64,000 nucleotides of DNA from Nemertoderma westbladi (lineage: Eukaryota > Animalia > Xenacoelomorpha), in assembly GCA_032718475.1 (NCBI GenBank), contig JAUCBJ010008729.1, forward strand, positions 1 to 64,000, read 5' to 3'. This document shows positions 36,801 to 47,437 of this stretch, one piece after another. Both the position numbers and the translations under genes were made by a program. The notes under the pieces were generated by a model. That model worked only from the letters and a program-made list of their open reading frames with translations. It had not been told where the DNA came from and searched no databases. The number at the start of each line of letters is the position of its first letter. The first letter of the stretch is position 1.

Positions 36801-38815
36801 AATCCGTCGTCCATGTAGAAGTTTCTCAAGATGGACTCGATAACCTCTACTGGGTACTTACCAATCTGGGCTGTTGCCGTTTTCTTTAGAACAAACAGCG
36901 TGCCATTCGGACTATCGCGGGCGCCAAATATCCTAACGTACATTTGGTATGTAACCACTGGGCCGGATAAGTCTTCATTCTCGTACCAGAGAAAGCGAAG
37001 GCTATCCTGGTCTGCCTTACAGGCTCTTACCTGGTGGAACATCGCCTCGATGTCACAAGTAAATGCGAATCGTCGCTGTCTAAAACGCAACAGTATTCCT
37101 ATCAAATAGTTATTCAGGTTGGGACCATCCATCAACTCTGAATTCAGGGACATACCTCTATAGACTGCTGCGCAGTCGTTGACTACTCGGACTTTGTCTG
37201 GCTTGTCAGGGTGAGTCACATAGTGGTGTGGAAGGTAATAAGTCTGGTCTGTCACTAAGTCAGGGTCCTCTACCTTCCCAGCAAATCCCTTGGCGAAATA
37301 GTTGTTGATCTGGGCGCAATACTTCTCCCTAATGTCCGGATTCCTTAACAACCGAGCCCTTACTCCGTTCAATCTTTTCAAGGCTAAGTTGTAGTTGTTC
37401 TCCAACTTAGGTGGTTGTCGACGCCACAACATTCCAACTTCAAAATGTCCAGTCGGTAGCAGACGTATGGTGTCTTCCATCATCTCCAGCGACCGTTTTT
37501 CATCAGTAGACATGGCTAGGTCATATCCACCGGGTTCCATTGCGTCCCTATCCAGCCATTCGACGGTTCTGGCTCCTGTCTCGAGGTCCTGGCGTATCAA
37601 TTCCTTCTGTAATTCCTCCTCACTGTATTGGAAAATGTCGAGGTCTCGATATTTAGCCACTTGACCCTCCACTATGTCTGTATAAGTCAAAACGTTAGTC
37701 AAATAGGTAGCGTGGGCCGCTGAACCAGACCCACGGGTCTGATAACAGTAGTCCTCGGGTTCACTATCTGTCCGGTCGTTATGAAGTGGTTCCGACAACC
37801 TAACATTATCGGGAATCAACTCCTCGTCCGACTCGCTAAAGTCACTATAGTGGTCAATACAGGTTCTCCTAAACTCGTCTATGTCTGGTGGTTCTACTAA
37901 CGGTGGTTGAGTTATAGGCTGTAATTCGTCGTATCTATTCATTGGCTTGTCGCCACCTGTAAACTCATAAGACATGGGTACTCGTGTATACCAACCTAAT
38001 ATAGTCCTATGGGCATGTGGTCCATTGACATGCGGCTCAGCTGGTCTCGTTTCCCATATCTGGTGTGCGATCAGCTGTTCTGCACCAATCAACATAGAAA
38101 CATTCCTATAACCTACCTGGTGTCTGGGTATCCTGAGCTTGTCAAAATACTCCTGTGCTATGGGACTCATCGGCGGCACCTTACCTAACTGCCTGCCGAA
38201 TCCCTTCATAGCTAGACACTTAAATCCGTCCAATGGCAAAGCTTTCCGTTCTTGTCGAGTGTGTTGGTCTCTCGGTAGTAGGGAATCTAGTTCTACCGAA
38301 ATTCTGTGTCCCTTGAGGTCTCCTACCCCATGCATAGACTTCAACTCTATTTGGATCTCCTCGGCGTCCTGGAAGCTAGAAACAGCTCTCGCCACTTCCT
38401 CGTCGATATAAGATAATGTGGACGCAGTGTCCAACATCACATATATTCGCTTCGATCCCTTATCGCCAGTGAGTTTCACCGGAATCACGCTAAATATTTC
38501 CGACGTGGCCGATGATAAATACGTCCGCGCGCTGGTCGATGAACTATCCGCGGTGAAACCTTGGCAGGTCACTTCTCTCGCGCTCGACTCGCCATCCTCG
38601 TCCGACGAACCTGGTTGGTAACCATCGTCCTGGATGCCGGTGTACGTATTTCTCCTTATCGATACGGGTTCTTTGCTCCCCTTCCTGTGAGGATTTCGCT
38701 GTAAGTAACGGTCCGTCGGGGTGTGGAAATCCGCATGTAGCAACTTGTAGTCTGCCGCATTCCATGCATCCGTCCTTGCTGTTCGGGCACTGCCGCCGTA
38801 CATGACCTGGCGCAA
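33842..38815 (-). CDS. Inner element pol region (PR-RT-RNase H-integrase), BEL/Pao
   Basis: VMLDTAS; YYLPHH, CDIEAMF, FYMDD; FSDAS, PRAEL, WTDA, NPAD; HAGK..CLVC, GVDCFGP, SDKGTNF, WERL; open for 1657 codons. Confidence 0.93.
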   Translation of the reverse strand: MRQVMYGGSARTARTDAWNAADYKLLHADFHTPTDRYLQRNPHRKGSKEPVSIRRNTYTGIQDDGYQPGSSDEDGESSAREVTCQGFTADSSSTSARTYLSSATSEIFSVIPVKLTGDKGSKRIYVMLDTASTLSYIDEEVARAVSSFQDAEEIQIELKSMHGVGDLKGHRISVELDSLLPRDQHTRQERKALPLDGFKCLAMKGFGRQLGKVPPMSPIAQEYFDKLRIPRHQVGYRNVSMLIGAEQLIAHQIWETRPAEPHVNGPHAHRTILGWYTRVPMSYEFTGGDKPMNRYDELQPITQPPLVEPPDIDEFRRTCIDHYSDFSESDEELIPDNVRLSEPLHNDRTDSEPEDYCYQTRGSGSAAHATYLTNVLTYTDIVEGQVAKYRDLDIFQYSEEELQKELIRQDLETGARTVEWLDRDAMEPGGYDLAMSTDEKRSLEMMEDTIRLLPTGHFEVGMLWRRQPPKLENNYNLALKRLNGVRARLLRNPDIREKYCAQINNYFAKGFAGKVEDPDLVTDQTYYLPHHYVTHPDKPDKVRVVNDCAAVYRGMSLNSELMDGPNLNNYLIGILLRFRQRRFAFTCDIEAMFHQVRACKADQDSLRFLWYENEDLSGPVVTYQMYVRIFGARDSPNGTLFVLKKTATAQIGKYPVEVIESILRNFYMDDGLVSKDTAEQAIEVAHGLQECLATGGFPLTKFTTNSEALLESFPVKDRGSGDIELGVEPIPMARVLGLAWNPNSDKFQVRVRFEPSSPDKVLTKRICLSTLSRLFDPMNFISPVILQARACMRKIWLSDVEWDEPISPIHAKQWREWEAELHLLKNIDVPRSYFPNQLVFPADLELHMFSDASDTGFGMVAYLRREVSQDKFETAFVTSRSKTMPVKYMTVPRAELQAAVVSVEVSKQITEELDTTLTLFYWTDASLVLVYIAADNIALKTFVANRRAQIVDFSTKEQWRHCPGVLNPADITSRGAMPAEFCQEESQEFWLHGPDFLTRTQEHWPERLKIVTNPMPEDAEVKVEKVSKSKSKAKLKSLERPEESLERPEESLERPGDLSDQQTYVTTRSGRVSYDIKPPLQTKPESQLVSDGQKMTDTMEPLVSKPAGLDSKLPLVSGQPSLALESCSIYDKLLNSSASWLTICKRTAWLSRYISYLCLKHSKHLREPLSTNSERIRKLKQPLTEDEIDQAELKHLKHYQMCAFPKEFHLLSAQRPVLYKPLRKWSPLIHKGLICHRSRIQTVDINSQFRFPVIIPSHPTELQRAILWDIHKRLHHAGKLHCLSAARQRFILLQPSRAVGTMYDACLVCKRVNARVLEQEMAELPEARVHAYDPPFTNTGVDCFGPIEAKSGRLTHKRWGLLLTCMASRAIHIERVADMSTKSLLLALKRFMARRGLVKAFYSDKGTNFVGGNSELNAAHKAAQNKEISAALLPQRVEWRFNTPESPWRGGSWERLVRSVKQAIAKTLPVNKQLTDDELVTAFIEIEHTLNSRPIAMLPDGVALTPNHLLMQSPAFLVPASEPISADLYSRKSWKVTQLVAYTFWEYWREYYLPTISTRTKWYKTVRSLQRGDYVLITEPIVKRKYWETGVILHTHPDVHNIVRTVTVKIRCKCPHPKKCKTNGLHTLDRPVQDIVLLEETRIKTGDYNLSPASKQS

Positions 38816-41800
38816 GACATGCCCAACAGGTGTCCAACGTCCGCACTTGAACTCTTCTCTGTTCCGAATTTAATTCTTTGAACCGTCTGCAACTATCTAA
38901 CTTATGGTCGTCAGATCTTACCTCCTTTAGTAAACAGTATTGGCAACCTACAAATCCATCCGGCAACTCCTGTTGCTTTAACCTAGGTCTATCTAACCGC
39001 TCACCTGACCATACTCGCGAGTCTGATCTAAAGGCTGGGGTATTCGAATTATATCTGTCTACTGAGTTAAATGTCACAGTGGTCCTGTCATCGTCAAAAC
39101 TTACCATAGACTTACCGGTAACAGGTTTAGACTCCCTCATATTCTCCTCTGAGAAGTTTGATTTCATCTCTGCTACTGCGTCTGTGGCTATCATGTCATG
39201 AATATGCTGAAGTGTCAATACTTTACCTTGGCCCTCCAACTTATTCTCTAATTTGCGCCATTTCTGTCGATAACGCATATTTAGACGTCTTATTACGCTT
39301 TTCAAAACTTCGGCGTGATCACCATGATGAGGTAGATTCACCGTCCTCAGGATGTCCAATGCGTTCGAAATAGCGTTCGCTAAGTTCAAAAGCTCTAACG
39401 GAGTTGTAATCCTTCCGCCCTTACCCAAGTCTTCTACTATCGACTGCGCCATCTTGGTTTTATTCCCGTAGATGTCGCTAAGCGTCTTCATCGCTAACTC
39501 AAATGCTCTCTCGTTGCCGACGAAGTTATCAGCAATGGCTCTAGGTTCTCGATGGAGCATCTGAAGCAAATAGTTGAACTTCTCGTTGGGAGTAAAGGTG
39601 CTGTTGGTTAGCTGCTCGTCGACATAGGTTTTAAAGGTCCTCCAGTGCTTATGGTTGCCCATAAACTTCTGGGGTTGTTGCGTCGGCAGTCCTTGCCTAG
39701 CAGCAAACTTACCTATGTCCCTAAGGGTTGCGTCGTTCCGGGTTAACAAATGGTTTAGTTCCGCAGGGTTGTTAAGTCTGGTCCTTTCCCGGTGGTTCCA
39801 ACTTACCTGCTCCGCGTCGGTCCTTCTTTCCTTATAGTTTCGGGACTTCTGACGTCTCATTTCTTCCTCTTCATCGCTCGACTCGGTGTCAGTCCTTAAC
39901 GCTCGCGATGGTTTGCGCGCCGAGGCCCTGATCCAAGCCTCCTCTATAAATTTCTCGGCTGAGTTTTCGAAGTTGGGATTAGAGATGTTCGGGACAGGCG
40001 TCCTTACCTGAGGTCTATGTGGTATAGTTTCCTCCGATATGCGTACTCGTTGACTAGGCTGGACTTTGTCTAACTCAGGTCTGCTAGGATTAGAATTACT
40101 TCTTACCTGGGCTGCTTCCTTTAACCGTAGGTTGCTAAGCATGTCCGTTATAGGTTGGATGTGTGGCGATATAGCTTGCGCTAAACTAGCACTCAACTCA
40201 TCCCTCGTAATAAATTCCTGGCTAGGGTTCTGTTGTATAGTCGGCTCTATCTGAGTAATCCGCTGTCTCTCATATGATCCCTCTTCCGGTTTAACCCGGA
40301 AGTTCTCCGTCGAACTGGGTCGGCGCTCCGTCCGCGTATTCCAAACCCGCGGGTTCGGTTCGCCCAATACTCGGCCCGTCGGAGTTTCTTCTCTAAATTC
40401 TTCGTTGTCGCGTTCGGTGTATAGTGGTGCGGCGTTCCGATGACGTAGATCCTGCGCGATAGGTGAAGCACTAATACCAACTGGCGTGCGATATGTAGAG
40501 AATGGTTTAACGATCCGTGTACTCGTAATAGCTGGACCGGGTATAGGAATTTTGGTCGTCGTCGACTCGCGTATGGTCGGAGTTCTCGCTTCCTGTTCGG
40601 CCTTCTGCAGTGCGAACAGTTCTCGCAACTCGGTCCCTACACTCGCCCCACATTCTTCGATCATTCGCATCCCCTTCTCGGCGATTTCGTTCGCCTTCCT
40701 AGTCCGTTCTTCGCTCTCTAAACTTAATCTCGCACTTTCCAACTGCGCCAGTTTACGTTCTTCTTCTTCCCTCGCTCGTCTCGCTGCGCCCTCTTCTTCC
40801 ACTCGCGCCTTTTCTTCATACAATGCGCGTCTTCTTTTCTCGATCTCGAGTTCGCGTTCCTTGCGTCCGCGTTCGAGTTGAAGCTCGCGCTCCTTCTGTT
40901 CACGATCGAGTTTCTTGCGCTCGCGTTCGGCTTGGAGTTCGCGTTTCTTCGCTTCCTGTTCGCGTTCGAGTTGGAGTTCGCGTTTCTTCGCTTCCCGTTC
41001 GCATTCAAGTTGGAGTTCGCGTTTCTTCGCTTCCCGTTCGCATTCGAGTTGGAGTTCGCGTTCTCTCTGTTCGCATTCGAGTTCCTCGCGTTCGCGCTCG
41101 GCTTGGAGTTCACGTTCCCTTTGCTCGCGTTCCGCTCGCTCGCGCTTACTTATCTCTTCCAACTCTCGTAACTCTGCGTCCAACTTACGTGTGCGCTTCC
41201 GTTCCCTTTCGGCTTCCTTCCGTGCTTCCTGTGCACGCAAAACTTCCGCCTGCTGTTCGTCTAGTCGGCGTCTTCTCTCCTCCGCCGAGTTGTGAGAAAC
41301 AAGGGATCTAGCACATATTACCTTACCTCGCGCGTGACTAACCTGGGAATCGCCGCTGTCTCTAGATGCGTCGTCGGGTGGAGTCAACGTCCTCTGTTGA
41401 ATGTTCTCCGTCGTCGGTAGCACCTGACCCGGTACCACCACTCCATTCTGCATCAGCCAGCTAGTAACTTCCCTCTGATAACGGCGCTCCTCTTTATCCT
41501 GCGTCTCTTCTCGCTCCACTAAGTCTCTTAACTCTGCGTCACTCACCTGAGTCGCCTGCGCTTGTGATGCCCATAGCAGCCAGTTCTCTGTCCTAACTCG
41601 TCGGAATCGCTCCGATAACTCGCGGTGCTCTAACAAGGCTGCTAAAACCCTGTCGTAAATCCTCGTCGCCACGTCGCTCGACTGAGACTCCACTGCCTTC
41701 TTCGCTAGGACTGCAAGCTCCTCCGTCTGCTTGAATAACGCTGAGTTATTCCTCTTCTAATCTCTGCTAACTCTACCCTCCCGATGTTCGCTGAGTCGGC

Positions 41801-42292
41801 TAACATTTTCCTTACCTTGTCCGCCGTCCGGGTTATATGTCCGGCATGCGCGCGAAGTTTCTTCTTCATCGCAGTGTCGAACTCTCTATCACTTACCTGA
41901 CTTACGCTCGGTGGACTTGAAGGATTATTTCGGGAACTACGGGTACTCCTTACAGCCGCTGGGACCACGGCACTTACCATACCCACAGGTCTGGAAACCG
42001 GGCTCCGGGCTCTCGCTTCTGCTACACTACCCTCCTTATCACTCACCTCTGGTCGGGTTGCTGTACAATCCTTCCTTACAGTAGCGGTAGGGGATCCTAA
42101 TACTATTACTTGAGGTTGTTGTTCTTCCTCACTAGTCACTGTCTCGTCCTCCTGTTCACTTACGTCAGCGTCGCTCGCTGCGTCGTCATAGTCGGCATTG
42201 TCGTCAACAGTAATATTGACGCTATCGTCAGTCGGCGGTCCAGCCGCCGTCTCGTAGCTGTCCTCTAGTGCCTCTTTGTCTGAGACACTCAT
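38544..42292 (-). pseudogene. Inner element gag, with frameshifts near 41760 and near 38760
   Basis: ORFs 41705-42292 and 38544-41693; FMGNHKHWRTF..EKFNYLLQML capsid-like block; knuckles CQYC..H..C, CWAC..H..C; the third knuckle CMECG continues as KLLH in the pol frame. Confidence 0.85.
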
Positions 42293-43563
42293 AGTCTAAA
42301 TAATGTTTGCCTTCCGGCAAAATTATCTCGCAAAAGTTCGAGATATTATTATAATTTAACCGAAATACGGTCAAATTAATTGTCAAATAATCAGTTGGTC
42401 CAAAATGTCAAATAAATTCGCAATGCAATATTGTGAATTTAATGGGGTATATAGTTATAGCAAATACTAGCACAATATTTAAACAAAAATATTATTATAT
42501 AGCTACTATATAGCATTAAATACTGGTATAGCACAAAATAACTCTGAATCTAATACAAAATATTCAAAATATACTTGCCACCCGAATATTTCTAATTTTA
42601 TATATATAGCTCTAATCAACGTAATTTTAATTTCAAATATTATATGTATCCACTAGCGCGTGGCTACATCTTCGGGTTGCGACTCTCTCTAACTCTCTCT
42701 CTAACTTGAGCGATTCAAAAAACCATGGCCGGCTAAACCTAAATATCCTAACTAATAAATTGAGTTCAGCTTCGCAGTTAAACAACCGATAATTTTTTAC
42801 TGCTTCCACAAACACACTGGTGCCAACAGAACAACCAACCTTGTTTGCTGTGAGATTCCACGTCCGCGTCCAAAGATTCAGGCTCTCCGCTGATTGCAAA
42901 CCGAACCCGCAGACCCACACGAACCCCAAACTCAGAAGTTCCGTCTTGCCATGTATCTCCAGATGGTATAAAATAACTAAGCGGTTACCTAACATACCGG
43001 TACAAAACTCTAGAATTTTACAAAATAATTTTGACCGAAACTGAATTCTCGCAAACCTAGCTAATAATTTTCAAAAACTTACTAATTACAATTTGCCCTA
43101 AGGCCTAAGGAACTGTATTCGCAATTAGTAAAAACGCACTACCGTACATCCACTGTATGCAGTACAGTAAGTAAAACAGTACACCAACCTAACAGCCTAA
43201 TGATACTGTATATGTGGTACGGCAAAACAAATGTCCCTTCTACCGTACGCAGTAACAGCAATCAGCCTAATGTACTACTGTACTATTGTACGCAGCCAGT
43301 GAATACAGTAATCTAAACTAACAACCTAAAGGAATATGCTCAATGTCTTACCGTACGCTAGCCTATAGCCTACAGCAGACGATCACGTGCTCTAATTTAT
43401 TGCCTAATACTATGATACTACTAATCAGCCTAAGAATACACTATCGACTGCTGCAAGCAACAGCCAATAAATGCACGTGTTACTGATACGAAGTATCAGT
43501 AATCTAAACTAACAGCCTAAGAATACTCTATTTACTGTACGCTACAGCCTACAGCAAACAGTC

Positions 43564-43573
43564 CACGTGTTAC
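43564..43573 (-). promoter_or_regulatory. Non-tRNA-like PBS-position sequence of inner element (GTAACACGTG)
   Basis: Abuts the 5' LTR; does not start TGG; complementary to LTR-internal CACGTGTTAC (27552-27561, 44674-44683). Confidence 0.6.
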
Positions 43574-45789
43574 TGATAAACAACCGCGACCTCTATACTA
43601 ACAGCAGAACCGTTGAACAGACAAATACCCGTATACCTCTCTGCCAACCTAATGACTGTAATGAGCTCTCGCCTAACCAATAACAGAATAAGACACAAAG
43701 ACTGCTCTACTGTTAAGTAAAGGGGATCAGGAGCGTGATATTACTAAATTGTAAGGGTTGCTAAATACAAAACCGCTACTTATCGTTAGATGGCGCTAAT
43801 CTGCCGTACGCTAATATATTTACTAAATTTACACAACTCCTGCAAAATCGCTTGTTCCTTTCTCTACCGATCGCTCGATAGAGAGCTAACTGTTCGAATC
43901 TATGAGCCACGCGGGAATAACCAAAACAATAAACCCGAGTCGGCTCCCTAAGCTTACTTAAGACGAGTGCGAGAGGCCTTGCACTCAGAGTATTCTTACG
44001 CCTAATTTTATCACTATTAAAGCACGCTATTACCTACGTCTTTCTAATCGCGAATACTGGAGGTTCCCTAACGTAATGTGTGAATGCGAGAATATTTAAA
44101 TATCAAAACGGTACAGTATCTGTTCCTACGTAAATAACATCACTCCGGGTCTAAAATCGCCTGCAGCTGGCTTTAGACCAGCAAATTACTAGCGTATCGT
44201 GCGTACCGAATAGTACAATCTAGCTGATTGCCCGCTAATGCAAATAACCGCTCAGCGTGAATAGTTTACAGTACTCTAATTATTACTTTAGCTACTCTCC
44301 GCTATGCTGCGTACTAATTCTTAATTTTTACTAATTAATTACAGTCACAAATATTTAACAGCGTACTAATTACTAAGAGTTCCAGAATACGTAATTCTAA
44401 TTTATTACGCAACAAGTTTCGCTAGTAATAGCCTAAATTTGCCGTATTACTTTGACCTAATCAGTAACCAATTATTGTAACTAAGAAATAGAAATCAATC
44501 AAAGAAAAGGGGGGCGCCTACCTAAACATTCATAATCATAGGCACACTTCAATAACACACCAATCAGCGTCAGAAATTACAGTTCGCAATTATGCAGTTA
44601 ACTACTGTATAGTCCACAATTATGCGACTCACTATTCGTACTCTACATTTAACGTTGTACGCTCTAATACGCTGTAACACGTGCAGGCCTCTCCCGGGTA
44701 CATATGGGACTCCTAACTAACCTGATTCCTGCCCCCTAATACTAAATAGAGACGAAACCTGGATCATCAGCCCCCTAATTACTGTACCGGCGATAGGTCT
44801 GCCCGTTGCACGCAAGTTGCCCGACCGCAACGTTGACCCCCGCCAGCGTTGCCTGCCTTTGAATCCTCTGCTCTCCCTTAGTCGCTCAACCCCCCGATGT
44901 GCCCACCGCCCACTGGCGCCTTAGCCCTCCATTATGCTAATAGCTACCGTAGCGGCGCATGCAAATCACAAAGTCTGACAGTCTCAGGAATCCCTTAGGA
45001 TTATTGCGCAGAAAAGAATCACATAGAACCATTAATCAAAAGGTAGAAATCATAGTTCAGTTGTAATTAGCAGTAATCGACAGGAATTAATTGAGAAACA
45101 CAAGCAAGAGTAATCGCACTAGCAAATCATTCCAAGAAATTAATCAAATTAGCAAATTGCAGAAAAATACAAGTATCAAGAAAAACAGTAAGACAGGTGC
45201 TAGGGCTAGGTGTCATGTGATGATGAGGCTCTACCGGCACACCGCCAATTTATAGGTGATCCGGATGGGGTGATGCAATAGGGTGACTCAATCGCTTTCT
45301 TATTGGCTCTCCAGTCCGTGCTAGCACTAGACCAACCTGGAAGCAGCTAGTCCAATAAGGAGGCCGGATTGTAGCCCTATTTGCTCCCCTTCCTCGAATT
45401 ATTACCATATATGGTAATGGTTCACGTCTCTGGCTGCTGAATGGCCAGGACAGCGTCCCTATATGCTAGCCCTACTAAAGCTAATATCAGCAAGCACGGA
45501 ATCCAGGGTCCGAATAAACTTACCCTGGAACTATCTACATATAACCTAATACAAAATTACGTAGGTAGGGCTACATACTATACAAAATGGATGGATTCAA
45601 ATATATGGGTGTTTCGATTTCCCTATCTAAATACCACTGCGTTATTATGCCTTATCTAAAATATCATGCTGCACAACGGACTAATATTACATACAGTATA
45701 ACGGACTAATATTGCATACTGCATAACGGACTAATATTGCATACTGCATGATGACTAATATTATGGATACAGCGCCATATACCGTAACA
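43574..45789 (-). repeat. 5' LTR of inner element (2216 bp)
   Basis: Direct repeat of 26458-28654. Confidence 0.96.
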
Positions 45790-46649
45790 TGGCGCTTTAA
45801 GTATAAAACAGAGTTATGACTTATACTAAACACAACGAGATGGCTATTGATTTTCGTAAATGGCGCATTCTTTAGGAGATGCTTTATTATCTGTCACACT
45901 GCTGCATACGACTTCACACTGCTGCACACTGATCTGCCGACCGTCACTGAATTTGATCATATATAAGGAGGATAGCAACTGACACATGTAGGGATTATGA
46001 AATAGCATTTAATGCACACTAAAACCACTGTAATGTAAGTCGCAATTGCTACCGGTAACCGGTCTCTCTAACCTTTGGTAATCAAGAAGATTGGGGTTTT
46101 ATGATTATTTATCGATATTCTCCAAATATAACAACATATCCATCAACATGTAACAATTAATAACCGACAGTAAATAGCAGTAAAATAATGCGGTGAATAG
46201 GATTGAGTGAGTGCAGTTTCATCAGTCAGGCCCAGTCATAATGCATTGAGTCAGTACCGCAGTTGGTAGGTGCAGATAATAGATTTACGTTTTTATAATC
46301 AAAGCCGTCTAATGTTGGCCAAAGTCTGAAACTTCTAACACAGAAGCACAGAATAATTTCCAAGCAGTTGTTCTCGCTCAGAAAGTAAAACAAAGACCGT
46401 AATGCATTGCGCGATTTCCCGTAGGCTTCTGTGTAAGATAAAATGAAAATCGCTCTGATTGGTCGAGCGAGCCGAACAAAGAAAGTTCCACATCGACAGC
46501 AAATCAGCTGACAGATTTCGTCATCTGAACTACACTCTATTTAGAGTATTTGGCGTATTGCGGCATAAAATGGCTTGTTATGTCCGCTAAAACACCTACA
46601 GGGTACATTGCGGAGAAAATGACTGGTTATATCCGCAAAAGCTTTTACA
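45790..46649 (-). repeat. U3-side part of outer 5' LTR
   Basis: Near-identical to 10413-11272; followed by TSD GCCAT. Confidence 0.95.
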
Positions 46650-46721
46650 GCCATTGTTTAGATATATATATCCTGAAAGTGAAAATAAGGCTTTATTAGC
46701 TTTATCACACAGCAGCTTGTG

Positions 46722-47437
46722 CACACACAGCAGGGTTAACTTTGAAAGTCCTCAGCAAGTCTCTGATCGGATGAGCATAAGCTCAAAAGATGGTATGCTT
46801 GAGCATGTGGATGACTTCTGTCACCTGGGATCATGGATCCGGAAGTCAGATGAGGACCTTCGAATACGTAAGGTAAAGGCATGGGCAGCCTTGAATAGGC
46901 TTTCCAGGATTTGGAAGTCACCGAGAATTAATCGGAAACTTAAGGTCCGATTATTTAGAGCAGCAGTAGTTCCAGTACTCCTCTATGGGAGTCCATGCTG
47001 GGCTCTAACTGCTGAGGACACCAAATCTCTGGATGGCACATTCACAAGAATGCTACGCCGAGTTCATTGTGTCAAGTACAATGCACACATCTCCAACCAG
47101 ACACTATATAACATTGGAGTTGTCCCATTGGTTCCCCCAAGCTTGACACTAGAACAAAATCGCCTCCGCTTTCCAGGACATTGCTTCCGCCGTGAGGACC
47201 AGCCAGTGCATAATCTTGTACTTTGGCAGCCTCATGGAGTGAATAAGCATGGTGGACAGCCCATGACTTTCTTGAGACGCATCTTAAAGGACACTGGCCT
47301 TGGAGATGCGGATGATCTAGCAAATGTCATGGGTAATAGGGAGTTGTGGTGGTGCAATTTTGTCCATAAGCCGGCACAGCATTCTTAAAAATGCAGCTGC
47401 AATGCAGCATGCCGATCCTAGAAGTAGTAGTAGTAGT
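46722..47437 (+). mobile_element. 5'-truncated RTE-clade LINE with (TAG)n tail
   Basis: DDFCHLGSW..KAWAAL..IWKS..RLRF.GHCFR..VLWQP; TAG repeats from 47425; candidate TSD AGCTTGTG (46714-46721, 47438-47445). Confidence 0.8.

Larger units (their letters stand above)
26458..45789 (-). mobile_element. Inner full-length BEL/Pao LTR retrotransposon (19.3 kb) nested in the outer 5' LTR
   Basis: LTRs 26458-28654 and 43574-45789 (TGATAAA...GTAACA); 5-bp TSD TGGCG (26453-26457, 45790-45794); PPT-like TGGAGCGG; gag-pol plus accessory ORF. Confidence 0.96.
10132..46649 (-). mobile_element. Outer full-length BEL/Pao LTR retrotransposon (about 17.2 kb without the nested element)
   Basis: TG...CA LTRs at 10132-11272 and 26172-26457 + 45790-46649; 5-bp TSD GCCAT (10127-10131, 46650-46654); PPT-like GGGAGCGG on - strand next to 11272; gag-PR-RT-RH-IN domain order. 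Confidence 0.95.

Noticed and set aside
38544-38815. Programmed gag-pol frameshift in the inner element
   Set aside because: The shift splits the third BEL zinc knuckle and BEL/Pao usually has a single gag-pol ORF, so mutation or sequence error is more likely.
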